From Lepidodermella squamata (taxonomy: Eukaryota; Animalia; Gastrotricha), in assembly GCA_047495785.1 (NCBI GenBank), contig JBLDXI010000042.1:62001-126000 (forward strand): 64,000 nt of DNA, given 5' to 3'. Shown here in pieces: positions 24,789 through 37,187 of the stretch. A model generated the notes under the pieces. The model saw nothing but the letters and a program-made list of their open reading frames with translations. It ran no database searches and was not told where the DNA came from. The translations under genes were made by a program, and so were the position numbers. The stretch's first letter is position 1. Each line of letters begins with the position of its first letter.

Positions 24789-27700
24789 ATGAATTACATG
24801 CGAATAGCATCTCACTCTAATCTCGTAATATCCATCTTGCTTAACATTATACCTTTGCTATGGTTTGCTATGGAATTCAAGATTTACTCAAAAAACGGAA
24901 GAAATTTCACGAAAGAAATTCATTGGCTCGACAAAATTATTCGAAACAGTCCGGAAAATTCTCTTCGAGTATTCAGGCCTGATAATAGGACAGATTTTCA
25001 GCTAGGAGCGGATGAAAAATGCAGCCTAGTTCCTGGCAATCGAATCATTTTGACCTTTGGTTCGCATGGTCCTTACCTGGAACAGGCTGAAAGTTATTGT
25101 TCATTAGCTGTGAAAATTCGAGGAATCGACGCGTGTGTTGTGGCGAATTTAAACATTCTGGATGAGAGCTTCCGGTCTCGGAATCAGGAGAAAATACTGA
25201 GCGCTAAACGAGAGGCTGGCTATTGGCTGTGGCAGCCGTATTTAATTTTCAAGTTTTTGGTCGAACTGCCCGAGGAAGATCAACTTTTGTACATGGATGG
25301 CGACAAAATGCTAGTCAACAATTTGGAAGAATACGCCTGTCTTCAGGTGAGCAAACGTTGTTCCTTATCTCGGACCTAAATTCGTTTAGGTATTTCCAGA
25401 GTAAGTTCCCCTCTCCCGACCGTTCTTTAACCCTGGACCTGAGGCTTCGATAGAAAGTTGTGTAATAGTCAGTTTCTTATTAGTTTGCGAAGTAGAGCAG
25501 CGGTTCCCAAACTTTCTTTCTCGTAGGGCACAGTAGTGTCCTATGTGAATGGCTCGGAGGATAATAACGTACAAAAATGTGCCCGGACTCTTGAAGAGGC
25601 ATTGCACGCACAGTACGCATAGTTTGGGAAACGCTGAAGTAGAGAGAGGGGGAAGGGGGTTATAGGGGGTTCCTCGAACCCTTACCACCCTCTTCGAGGG
25701 ATCCAGGCAAGGAAAACGGAAAAAGCCTCTTTGGTCAGATAAATTCGGGGTCGACAATACCAAAGCCATAGCGTAAGCCCCACCACGCTCATTGATAAAT
25801 AACACTAGAAAAAAAATTTAGCTTTTTAGCCAAATAAAAAGCCATCGCCTCAAGAGGGCTAATAATGCTTCCTACGTACCCTTATTTAGCTTTTTTCGCT
25901 ATTCAACCAACAGCTATTTAGATATTCGGTTATTTAGCTTCTTGCATGTCGTGTCTCAGCTTGCTTGCGTAACAATGGGGCCGCAATCGACCGCAGCTGC
26001 TCACTTTCTCCTTCCTTCAACCCAAAATTTAAAAGATAAAAAGATAAAAATCCATGTCTCTTTTTGGCTTGAGATTTTATTTATTTTTTTCAAGTCTTCA
26101 TTTCACAATTTTTCATCACAGTTATCACAGAATGAGGTACACATTTTAAACGTAATTTCAATTGGCAGGACAAAGCTGTGAAATATTTTCTGCTCGATTT
26201 TCGAATTTTCGAATTTTCCATCTGCTTGAAATTGATTGTTATCACTATTTGAACGCCGAAATTTGCTCCTGAAATTTGAACAATTGCTTATTTCGAAAAT
26301 TTGAAGTTTTCAGAATTACTTACCTCTGTATCCGTATAGAAGCCGCCTCAATTTTAGATACTGAAAGAGAAAATTGGAAATTTTATTACGAGGGAGAGAG
26401 AGAATCAATACATGAACTTGAAAATTTTCTGTCAAAATTCAGAGGCAATACCTATGCAATATTAATTTAGAGTTCATTAAAATCTAGAACCACGAATATA
26501 CCTTCGATTTATGTTTCGGATAGCCAAGTCAGATAAGCCGATTTCCATGTTGCCGTCGTCCAAGGTGACCATGTCCGTTTCGCAACGCTGCCTTCAAATT
26601 GCCCCGGGATTTGATTTGAAATTAGCGGCATTCCGGCCTTGAAACGAATAAGTCACAGATATTTACGTGAAAGATTCCATGGGTAGAATTTCGATTAGCG
26701 ATTACCGTATTAGCTCCTATAATAACTCGGTCAATTAAAATGTCAACCTCGATATTTTTAAAAAATTTTACTAAAAATCAGCGGAATTTTCGGGAATTTG
26801 AAATTTCATAAATTTTCCTAAAAAATTGAAAATTAATTATCCGCATATTTTGGTTATTCATAATCGGCTCTGTAGAGATTTCACATGATGTTTTTGATAC
26901 TTCAAGGAAAATAACGAATGTGACAATCTTCAAAAATTAAAAATTAAAAGAAAATCAACATTTTTAAATTCTAATATTTTAAATAAGGATGAAACTGAAT
27001 TTTAATTCAATTGAAAATTTTCGGCGTGACAAAAGTCTCATTTTCTAGAAAATACTGGAGTTTTCCTCACCTTGAAGCAACGAATTTCACACGCAATGGT
27101 CTTGAACTGAGGTCACCAACATTCTTCTGAAAATTCAAAATAATTTTCAAATTTTAATCAAGTAAATTGATGAAAGAATTATTTGTGATATTTACCGAAA
27201 TTTCCGCTCCAATGCATTTTTAGGAATGATTTCAGCTCAACATACAAGACTTACAATTTTGACAAAATTTTTGGAATTTCAATGAAAGATTCCCGCAAAA
27301 ATGAACGAATAATAAAACCTCTAGCTAACACGAGCCTCCTCAGGTTAATGTGTTAATTGAATTGTTATTTTTCGCGCTGCAGTAGTTAGGCAAGATGTTG
27401 AAGCTCGTGCTAGCTGGAGGAAATTATTCTGATTTTTCCCGTAATTTTTGTCAAATTTTAAAAATCTTTTGATAAAAAATAACAATAATTATGGATTGAC
27501 ACGATGACAGATCTTACCTGGCGTCAACTCGATTTGAAATTATTCCGTTTAAAGCTGCTTGGGATATTTTAGCTGAAACTGCTAGGGTCGTAGCATTTTG
27601 AAAACTAAGTGGCAATAATGACTACTTTTTTGCTTCTGTGTGCATGGATGAAAAACGAATGAAATGGAGCTTCGAGTAGCAATCAGAAAGGGTCACAGCC

Positions 27701-29241
27701 ATTGTTGTGTAACTTTATTACGCCGCAGGCTTCAATAGTGGCTTTTACACTGGCTTTTTTGCCAAACAGCTTCAACGCGTTGACGTTTTAAACCTAGTTA
27801 ACGCCTTGGTTTGTTGCGTAATAGCCGTTGCTAACTGTCGTCGTTTACACGTAAGGTTATATCAGTTGCTTAAAACTACGTTTAATAGAACTATGAATTG
27901 ATTGAAAAAGTTTACCTTGGTCAGGTAATTTTAATTGGTGCAAAATTAATACCTAATTTTGATTACCTATAGGTTGAGAGAAATTTATATCATTTTCAAA
28001 AAAAGTCGTTTTGGGAAGCTGCCAGAATTTAGATTTTTTTGCTACTATACAAAACCTATCAAAGCAACACTTTGCGCGCTGCGGTGGCCAGTTGGACTGT
28101 AAATTTGTCGCCGCGATTTCCAATGCACATTCCGATGAAAATGTCTACCAAAAAAGTTAGTTAAACTGTTTCGAAGCATAATTTATACAGAAAATCGCAC
28201 TTTGATGGTACAGCGATGATTTTGGTGTCATAAAAAGCAGAAAATTCAGCTTTGTAAATATCTTATTTTTACACGAATTTTCCGAGTCCAGGTAATTTAT
28301 ATCGCGGTAACAAATGAAGCGAGGAATGCTTAATTTCAACGCGTTAGCGTTAAATAGTGTTCACACTGCTATTTTATGCAACCTGTTTCAAACTGGTTGA
28401 CGTTATAAACGTGATTTTTAACACGTTAAGCAACGTCATCCGGGTGGCGATAAAAAAACTTAACTGACCTAAGTTTTTTAGGTGTTCCCACCATCGGTTG
28501 AAAACCGGTTGACGTTAATTACCCTGTTTTAAACTGAGTCAAAAAAGCCAGTGTAAAAGCCACTGATTCGCAGTTCATCGAAGGTTATTTAGCTATGGCT
28601 TTTTAGCTGATATTAAGCTGGGGCATAGTCTAGGCTTTTTAGCTAGCTATGGCTGAATGGAAATAGCTGATTAGCTTTACATTTTTCCTAGTGAATGTTC
28701 CTTCGTTTATTTAATTTGCTCTGATTTTCAGGCGAAGTTGGGCCAGTCCGTTGTAGTCTTCTACCAACCAGAGGACGAGAGATCATGGACAAAGGCCGAC
28801 GCGTATTTCCTGATGAACGTCGAAAATCTACTGCCTAGAATTGCCGAAACAATGCAAGTCTACGGCGCGTATCTCATGCTCCAAAAATCCCAGGAGTCTC
28901 TTCGATTCGTCTCAGAATGGCTGACCTACGCCCAGGATGAACGGCTCATCGACGATCTGCCTAGCTCAACGCGGAGTGAATTGCCTGGCTTCATGGAGCA
29001 TCGCCATGCTCAATCGATCCTCAGCCTGTTGTCGAAAAAATGGAACCTAACAACATGGCCGAGTCCTGAATCGCTAAATTTCTCGCAAATCCAAGAAGAT
29101 CACGATGGATTCCGTGTAATTCCGGGAAGCTTTAATCCTCTTGATGTAGAAAAGCTTAAAAAGCTTAAAATAAATATCCCGACACGGCAGCTTATCGAAC
29201 AAGGATGGGAACAAAATCGCAAGAAAAATTCTAAATTTTGA
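24789..29241 (+). CDS. Glycosyltransferase-like protein, copy 4 (355 aa), with altered motifs
   Basis: Exons 24789-25346 and 28732-29241 with a 3.4-kb intron. Motifs read REAGYWLWQPY and HRHAQS. Confidence 0.8.
25803..28693. mobile_element. CACTA/EnSpm-like non-autonomous element in the copy 4 intron
   Basis: Termini CACTAGAAAAA...TTTTTCCTAGTG with AA on both flanks and tagc-rich subterminal repeats. The empty site is recognisable in the copy 2 intron at about 13915-13930. Confidence 0.75.
27737..28564. mobile_element. Nested MITE with Harbinger-like terminal inverted repeats
   Basis: 25-bp inverted repeat AGTGGCTTTTACACTGGCTTTTTTG / CAAAAAAGCCAGTGTAAAAGCCACT. Confidence 0.75.
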
Positions 29242-30149
29242 TAATGATTTTGATAATCATTAGCTAACAACGAAGAATAAATCGGATGAATAAGTCGGTG
29301 CCTGGATGCAATTTTTTATGACTACCGTAAACTACAGTATAAAGGCCACGCGCGAATAATCGCCACACCTAAGCACGCAATCAAAGGTAAATTATAAATT
29401 AAAATTTTCAAATTGATTGTTTTCTTCTTTTTCGCTTGTCGTTTGAGTCACGAAGCGGCCGCGGCGCCATCCTGACCTTTTCTGAGGGCTAACGCAACAA
29501 TTTTGACGAATCAGACGATTTTGTAAATTGCGCTGAACTCAGAGTGGTCGAATTACCTAAAAACTGTTGAAAAATCCAAAGGTCAGAAAAATTGACTTTT
29601 TTGACCTTCTGGAGCCTTGTTAACCCTCTATGGGTCATCTCAGGTCATCTTAGTTATCTTCCTGGATCTCTAACCGTAACTCCAGGAAGACGTTCTCCGG
29701 ACTTGATTTAGCATTGAAAGGATCTTTTTAAGAGATTAAAACCGCTAAAAGTCATTTGACGAGCTTGCATGGCAAGTTAGGGTGATCACCTAGGTCACCC
29801 TTTCCTATAACGGGGAAGGAAATCTTCCGACTTCTGAGACCAATAGGGTGAAGTTATTCAATATTAGTTCATTATTAGATAAAAAAGAGCTTTTCAACAC
29901 AATATTCTATCCAACGGCATTGAATAGCTCGAAAAAATCCACCAAAACGACCGATTGAAGAATACTTGAAAATTCAGTGGAGGAATCGTGAACAATACAC
30001 TTTTAATTAAGTACAGCAGAGTAGCAACTTCCTAATGCCGGAGCATTCATTTTTTTTGTAAAGCCACATCACTAGTCATCAATGTATGCGTGCTGCTCTC
30101 ACCTCATCTCACCCAGCAGCCTTTTCCAATTGCATGTGACTCCAGCCTA

Positions 30150-30568
30150 GTGCTTACTGCATGATGTTCTACCATTTTGACTCCTAACAATGCCACTAAC
30201 AATGTACATTTTCGTTCGTTTTATCTGGAAAAAAGGACAACATAAAAAGCTTTTCGTTCATTTCGTTTCGCCAGGCTTGCCGTCCCTCGTAACGCACGAT
30301 TCCCCCACTCGTGCCGCTTCCGCCGGTTGAGCTTCCTCGCGGCCGGATGATCCGCGGCAGATCAAAGAGAGGCCGTTGGAGCTTTTAACCAGTTTACCCT
30401 TAACATTCCCATACAATTGGCATGTATCTCCTTCCTTTCCCCTTTTTCCGGCTGCCACGATCGTAACAGCGGCCTGTGTGAAAAAGAAACCTTAGGCTAC
30501 AAAATGAATGAAGTTAAGAGGCTTCTCACCAAAACGACGATCGCCAATGCCATGAGTTTAGTTGCCAT
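30150..30568 (-). pseudogene. Two-loop peptide gene interrupted in loop 2 by a short LINE 3' tail
   Basis: MATKLMALAIVVL|AAVTIVAAGKRGKEGDTCQLYGNVKGKLVKSSNGLSLICRGSSGREEAQPAEAARVGESCVTRDGKPG, then about 60 bp matching the LINE end at 10756-10800. Confidence 0.75.
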
Positions 30569-31138
30569 GAGTAGTTGTAAGGAAATATTTCGACTTTATC
30601 TTGAAGATATATAAGCTTGAATAATGAAGGTAGGGTAGATGAGCTTCTCGATGAGTATTTTACCAGTCACCCGGTGTCTACGTCAACAACCGGGCAGACT
30701 GGCTGCTTTGAATTGGCTGCTTAATTAGTGATTAATGGCGCACATCTATAGCTTGATTAAGGTTAAGGGTAGTGGCGGAGTGACTGTTTCAGCAAATTGA
30801 AGAATTTCTCAAGCAATGACATGTCAAATTGGCTGTTGTAGAAGGTAGAAGCTCTAACTGCTAAACGTGAGGCGTAGGAATGACTCAGCGAGTCTTTGCA
30901 GGCGCCGGCCAAAGCGTTCGCTGTCTGTCGATGTTGCCAACGGGTTACCCGATCAATTTTTGAAACCCATTAAGCCGTTCGCTGAGTCTGTTGCTCTTAG
31001 GCTCTCAGGCTGCTAAAAAATTTGAACGAACATCTTTTTCATCATGGACTGTAACGAACTGAGCCTCTTCAACTCTCAGAACCGCCGAGCTCTCCGTTAT
31101 TCTCTGGCGCGTGGTAGCTGTTACTGTGTATCGCCTTA

Positions 31139-31988
31139 TGTTACGTTCACAAACTGCTTCGGAGACGCGTCCGAAGTTTTAGCCTCCGAAATTTCGTAAT
31201 CGCTCTCCGAAGTTGCGTAATCGCTGACCGAAGTTTGAGATTTTCGTTCACAAACGCGCGCACTTCGGACTGCGCACCCGAAGTGAGAACAATAGGCGGC
31301 GCGCACGCACTGAACAAAGGACGCGCACAAACTTCGGTTCGGAGAGGCCCACAACTGCTCTCCGAAGCGCCTCCGAACCGAAGTTTGTGCGCGTCCGAAG
31401 TTACTACGTACGCACGCGCGCGCGGCCACTTGACCGCGCGAGGTAGGGCGACGACATAAATTAACTGTTCCTGTGGCATCTTTAATTCATATTATTGACT
31501 ATAATTGACGAAAATGACGAAAATTTCAATTATACGGAACGTGCGCAGTAAAATCCTTGTTTTCACAAAAAAAATGTCAATATAGAAATTATCGGGTGCC
31601 CTTAAAAATAGCTTATAGTGCGCGTTGAAAAAAATCAATTTAATTTTTTATGTATTCTGAAAAATGGTGAATTTCGCGTCGAAATTTAGCTTTTTGTTAT
31701 CGTCGTCGCATTTCGCATCTTATTATTTAGGAATTTTGAGAATTCAAGTGAAATTGAAAAAAAATGTGTGTCTAACCTGCGGCCCCTTCTCTAGTTTGAG
31801 CGCGCTCGCACTCATGTGCGCGCACTCGAAATCTTCGGCCCGCAAGCAATAGAAACTTCGGACGACTCATGCCGCGCGCGCGCGGAAATTGCTACTGATA
31901 ACGTCACCGAAGTTTCGCTTGAGTGTTCCGAAGTTTCAAGTTCGGCCTCCGAAGACACCCTCTCCGAAGTTAGTTTGTGGACGCACCA
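31139..31988. mobile_element. PIF/Harbinger-like MITE
   Basis: Imperfect inverted termini tgttacgttcacaaact.cttcggag and ctccgaagttagtttgtggacgcacca, TTA on both flanks, and many ccgaag subrepeats. Confidence 0.75.
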
Positions 31989-32029
31989 TTAAAGTCTTCA
32001 ACTCCTATAACTTCAAGATTGGATGCCAT

Positions 32030-32984
32030 TAGAGATGTTCCGGTTCCAAAAAACCGCCGGTTCTCACCGGGTTGAACCCGGTTTTTTCGAACCGAAACCG
32101 CCCGGTTCCATTTTTTTCCAGCTTCAAAAACCGCCGGTTAACCGCCGGTTCGCGTTTTGGCTATATATAGCTGAACCAGCAGAATTTTGTGTTTTCCACC
32201 GTAGATATTCCAAGTTTTCACTGTATGTGTTACAGCTGCATTATTCAGTTCTGTCACTATTAGCTTAGATTTAATTAATGGAGGTGACCATGTGGGCAGA
32301 AAAAGTTAAGAATATTTTTTTGAAAAATTAGATTTTTCGATCATTTTAACCGTTAATTCCTTTTCACCAATGATTGCCACAACAAAACAAACACTGCCAT
32401 TTGATTCCTCGTGAAATTTTGGTCTTGACGATGTATTACAAAAGATATTTGAGAAAAAAATAAAATTCAAAGCATCTCGGCAATAAAGTAATAAAATAAT
32501 TTATGACCCCCAATTATCTCGATAACCATGATAGCTATAAAAATTCTGAAAAAAGATTCAGAGTCCCCGACCTAAATTCACCCCGTAATTTGGGGGATTT
32601 CGACATGAAAGGAAGCGGTTTTGCCGTTCTTCTTTGAAAATATCAATACAAAGAATATTTCCGCTAGCTTAATTGAGATCGGAAGTAACACTGATTTTAC
32701 GATATCTCGAGTTCCAATTGTCCGATAATGTTAAAAACTTGTAGTCCGGGGTAGAATTTCACGCTGAAGACGCTGGGACCGTTTGTTTCTTGGTCTGAGC
32801 AACGGATTATCAAGTATCGATTATCGATTATCGGTTATTGATTATGAATGACGGAATTCCATAGTAACAGCGGAACCCGCGGTTAACCGCCGGTTAAACC
32901 GAAAAAACCGGATTACACCTCAGAAAGTTTGGAACCGAACCGAACCGAACCGGACAGATTAAAAATGGAACCGGAACATCTCTA
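32030..32984. mobile_element. hAT-type MITE
   Basis: Inverted termini TAGAGATGTTCCGGTTCCA / TGGAACCGGAACATCTCTA with an 8-bp target duplication gatgccat. Confidence 0.92.
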
Positions 32985-33577
32985 GATGCCATTAGTCCCA
33001 TTTTCTACGAGCGGGGAAAGGGTGTCAAGTGGCAACGAACTCTCTTGTCATCTACACTAGTGATATCATTTGTTCACCAAGAGCCCTTGGAACGTCCCAG
33101 GACGCTCACTAACAGAAGTTTTTCCCAAAATCACTAATTATAGCCCTTTTTGGCTATAATTTCACAAAATTATCCATCTGGGAACACAAGGTCTGCCTTG
33201 AATCATTGGTTGATGGCCGCTCCTTGTAGCAGAAATCAAACAATTGTTAAAGAGGTGGCATTTTTTATTTAGCAAATTACATCAAATTATGATTGGCGGA
33301 TGGAGTGGTCACTGATGGCTGGAATAAATTCACTATTGAAAGATTTTTGATTATTTTAACAATTTTCTTCGACAAACTTCATTTGTTACGAATCACATCA
33401 CATTTGTTGACACACACATGTAACCCCTCGTTATTTTAAACGTAGCTAGCCGTGAATCAAGCATAAGTAATAGCTTGTTAATGACAAAAAAGCCACACGC
33501 AGAGGCGAGAAAGCGGATAAAAGCATTCCAGTAAGCTATCATGCTAAACCGCTCTTTGATGTCAATTTATTCATAAA

Positions 33578-35167
33578 ATGCGGCATTTAACCACGATTCT
33601 TATACTAATTTCCGGGAGAGCTCTTACGCAAGTTCAGGCTGAATCTGTTCTAGAGCAGTCGTGCATCGTACCAAATATAACCGCAGGACTTGTAAACCGA
33701 GTGAACTCGGAAACTTTAGAAGTTTCCGCCCAAGTTTTGCGTCCTGGAACTGTTCTGAGGATAGGCGAAACAGTGAATGTGATATGCGACACCGGATATT
33801 CCTACTCCTCTCCTGTTACTATTGCGACGTGTCTCCCACCCTTCAGCCCAATGATAAATGGAACCTGTAATCGTATGTGTAAGTAAATATTCAGTTTAAA
33901 ATGAGTAGGAGCCTCGGCTAATCTTGAATTTTTCGAATTTTTAATCACGGCTATAATTGCCTCTCCAGATTGTGGACCACTCCCTTCGATACAGGGCGGA
34001 TTTGTAAGGTCAGGCCCGTCGACAAAAGGCGCCATTCGGAACATTACCTGCTACCAGAATTTCGTTGCGCGAGGAAACACAACAATAGCCTGCCTTGCTA
34101 ACTCAACGTGGTCGAACCCTGGATACTGCATTTCAAAGCAGCAACTTGTGAGCTTGACTCGGCTAGGATATTTTTTAGTTCAGGTAATGATCGCACCTTA
34201 ATCTGCACCTAAACATTATACGTTAACTGTCATAATTTAAGAACTTTAAATTCATTTACAACTTCCTAGATTCGGACGTGTGAACATTTCTTACATTCCA
34301 ATTTTCAAACAGTATGATGAGTTGTGGAATGCAACGGGTGAGGCTGATATTGCGCTGGTGCGACGACTCGTAGCGGAGATTGACGCAATCACCGGCGGCA
34401 ACTTCGACGCGAACAAACGCTATCCTATAAAATACGCAAATTATATCGAAAACGCTACGCTGCTACGCCATTTGCTGAAGTCGCCTCATGGGCAACCTGG
34501 CCAGCTACTCGAAATCGCTCGGCTGTTTCTAGATCGCGGTGCTGATGTCAACGAAGGTGCGCCACTGGTCGCCGCGGCCGGGAAAGGATATCTCGAAATT
34601 GTTCGGCTGTTGCTCGACCGCAACGCCAATGTCGATGCTTCAACTGACCAAGGTGATTACACTGCGCTGATGGTTGCAGCCGGCTCGGGACACCTCGAGG
34701 TTGTCCGGCTGTTGATAGACCGTAAAGCAAGTATCGATATTAAGGATAATGACATATTCTCCCCGCCGTTGATTCGGGCTACTGTTCATGGGCACATCGA
34801 AATTGTCCGGCTGCTGCTCGACCGAAATGCGTCGATCAACAACTGGGATATTTTTCACGAGACGGCGTTGATGAAGTCGGCTGCTGCAGGGCAAGTCGAG
34901 ATTGCTCGACTGTTGCTGAACAGAAATGCTTCAATTGAAGCCGAAACTCCCCAGGGTGAGACGGCATTGATTTTCGCAGCCTGGCGTGGTAACGTTGAGA
35001 TTGTTCGGATGTTGCTTGATAGAGGTGCGAAAGTGAACGTTGCAGATGATTATGGCCGCACGCCTCTAGTAAGGGCCGTATGCGCGAATAGAACTGACGC
35101 TGCTGCTCTGCTGCGATTGCGAGGAGCAATCGATAACGGGTTCAGTTGTGAAAACTTTAAATCGTGA
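33578..35167 (+). CDS. Secreted protein: signal peptide, 2 Sushi/CCP domains and about 6-7 ankyrin repeats
   Basis: Exon 1 from 33578 (signal peptide; C..P..G..V.VICDTGYS..TC..C). Exon 2 about 33970-34147 (CGPLPSIQGG..ITCYQNF..IACLANSTWSNPGYC). Exon 3 34313-35167 has canonical ankyrin motifs (T-ALxxAAxxGxxExVRLLLDR.A.V). Confidence 0.85.
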
Positions 35168-35929
35168 CTATTTTGAAGTTACGACCATAGGTTCTGCCGG
35201 ACATCATAAACAGTAAATTTAGATAGTGTTGTGAAACCCTAATTAATTCCTTCTATCAAAAATGACGCCCCAAGTATGATTTATGATCTATATGATATAC
35301 ATATAACAAGTGATTAATAAAAGTTTCTTCGAAAATTCTGGTTCTGTATACTGTAGCGCAGGGAAATTTCGGACGCTTTGAATATCAGATGAATAGCTTT
35401 GAAACGACGAACAGTGGAAACACATGATCAGGGGCGTAACTTAGGGGGGCCAGGGGGGCACGGGCCCCACCAGCTGGAAAAATACCCTCAGGGTTTGCTC
35501 GAAATGCTAACGGCATCATTCTCTCAGCACCCAGTTATCTTAAGTAAAATGAAAAACGGATTGCTATTTGCAGGGCCAATCAGCTAAACTGAAAACCCAC
35601 AAGGAATTCCGTATGCAAATGAGCGTCCAGAATTACCCGCTCATTATCCAACTCTATTCATAAATCTTTTCGATCGCCAAAATCAGGTGAAAATCGTTTA
35701 ATATACCCGAAAATATACACATAAATCATCAACACTTATACACATTATACACCTTCGTACTGGAAATCATCGATTTTTGAAATTTGAGTTATTTTTGATC
35801 GGGTACTTTTGACCGTCGCGAGAAACTGAGTGAACTTCGATTGCAAAAACATGAGTGAACAATGCAATATTCACTCGCGTCAAGTTTTCGAAATTCCAGC
35901 CAACATTTGCGACGTTCAGTCAGTTTTCG

Positions 35930-36180
35930 CTCAGCTGCGGAACATCGCACCCCGCAGCCATTTCAAATCGCATACAATTCAAGCCGTAGATTTTCTATGC
36001 TTTTTCTTCACGGCCGAAAGGGGCGAGGCACATGTCAGTATACCACTTGTACCGCTTTAACCCATTTGCCTAAAATCGGCCCTACATAGGAGAAAGATTC
36101 CCCTTCCTCTGCTACCCGCGCCGCTTCCGCCGGCTGCACTTCCTTGCAGCCGGATGATCTGACACAGATAGCTACTCTTC
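35930..36180 (-). pseudogene. Fragment of a Cys-loop peptide gene
   Basis: ICVRSSGCKEVQPAEAAR..GKWVK.. is frameshifted, lacks the signal exon, and is followed by the family 3' UTR motif. Confidence 0.65.
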
Positions 36181-36477
36181 CCCCTTGAAAATGCTGTTGT
36201 TGCAGCTCAATTTCTAGCCTATAATAGTTCCGTCCGGCCTCCAGCCCCCAAGCTTCGGTGCGCCATTGCGGGTAAAAGCGAAACAAAATCTTTGTAACCG
36301 TTCAATTGCTGCGGATTAAATAACAAACCTTCCACTTCATCGCAATTATTTTTATTGTAAAACCTCACATCACCATCTGCAAGCGTGCTGCTCTTCTCTC
36401 ATCTCACCCAGCAGCATTTTTTCAATCGCATGTGACTCCAGCCTAACGCCGACCACAAACCAATGCATGGCCAAACT

Positions 36478-36774
36478 CTACCAGGCTGGGCGATCCTCCA
36501 TCGCTTCGTACCGTGCTGCCTCCGCCGGTTGCGCCGCCTCCTCGCGGCCGGGCCAGGATAATTTGACGCACATCAGACCACCGTGACCGTTTTTCACAAG
36601 CTTACCCGGAGCACCCTTAGCAAGTGCGCAGCGATCTCCTTCCTTTCGTTCTGCGACTGCCATGAGAGTAACAGCGGCCTATGTGGAAATGAAACATCAA
36701 GCTGCAAAGGTTATACATGACGTAAAGACGCTTCTCACCAAAACGACGATCGCCAATGTAAGCTTAGTTGCCAT
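36478..36774 (-). CDS. Small secreted Cys-loop peptide (loop 1 intact, loop 2 lost)
   Basis: MATKLTLAIVVL|AAVTLMAVAERKEGDRCALAKGAPGKLVKNGHGGLMCVKLSWPGREEAQPAEAAR-type spacer then YEAMEDRPAW*. Intron runs GTGAGA..CATAG. Confidence 0.75.
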
Positions 36775-37187
36775 GAGTAGTTGAATGGTTAGAAGAAATA
36801 TTTCGACTTTATCTTTAATATAGAAACTTGAATAATGAACTGAGCAGAGTTGGGCTGCTTTATAAGCACTTTGCCAGTCATTCAGTGTCTACGTCAGCAC
36901 GCGGCTGACTTGGCGAAGATGCAGAAAGTGAATTTCACGCCATTTGGTTCTATTTCCGGCAAACTGTTATGGCGCGCAAGTCGCAATATTCACGGAGGAT
37001 TGATAAATTAGATAACTGAGCGCGCAGTGCGGCTGATTCAACAAATTGAAGTTATTGTGAAACCATCAAACAATGATGGAAAATTGACAGAAGCGTCGGT
37101 ACAGCGGTCTAAAATGCCAAGTGCATTTTTCTAAAATTTTACAGGAGGCGAAAACACATAATTATGCAATTATGTAATTACTATTTA

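Noticed and set aside
31136-31479. Overlapping GC-rich ORFs here and at 42061-42591 as genes
   Set aside because: They fall within MITE subterminal repeats and show no protein-like features.
36380-36450. Conserved 3' UTR of the peptide genes as a SECIS element
   Set aside because: No conserved in-frame TGA aligns with a Cys, and I see no convincing AUGA/AA/GA stem. Shared ancestry explains the conservation.
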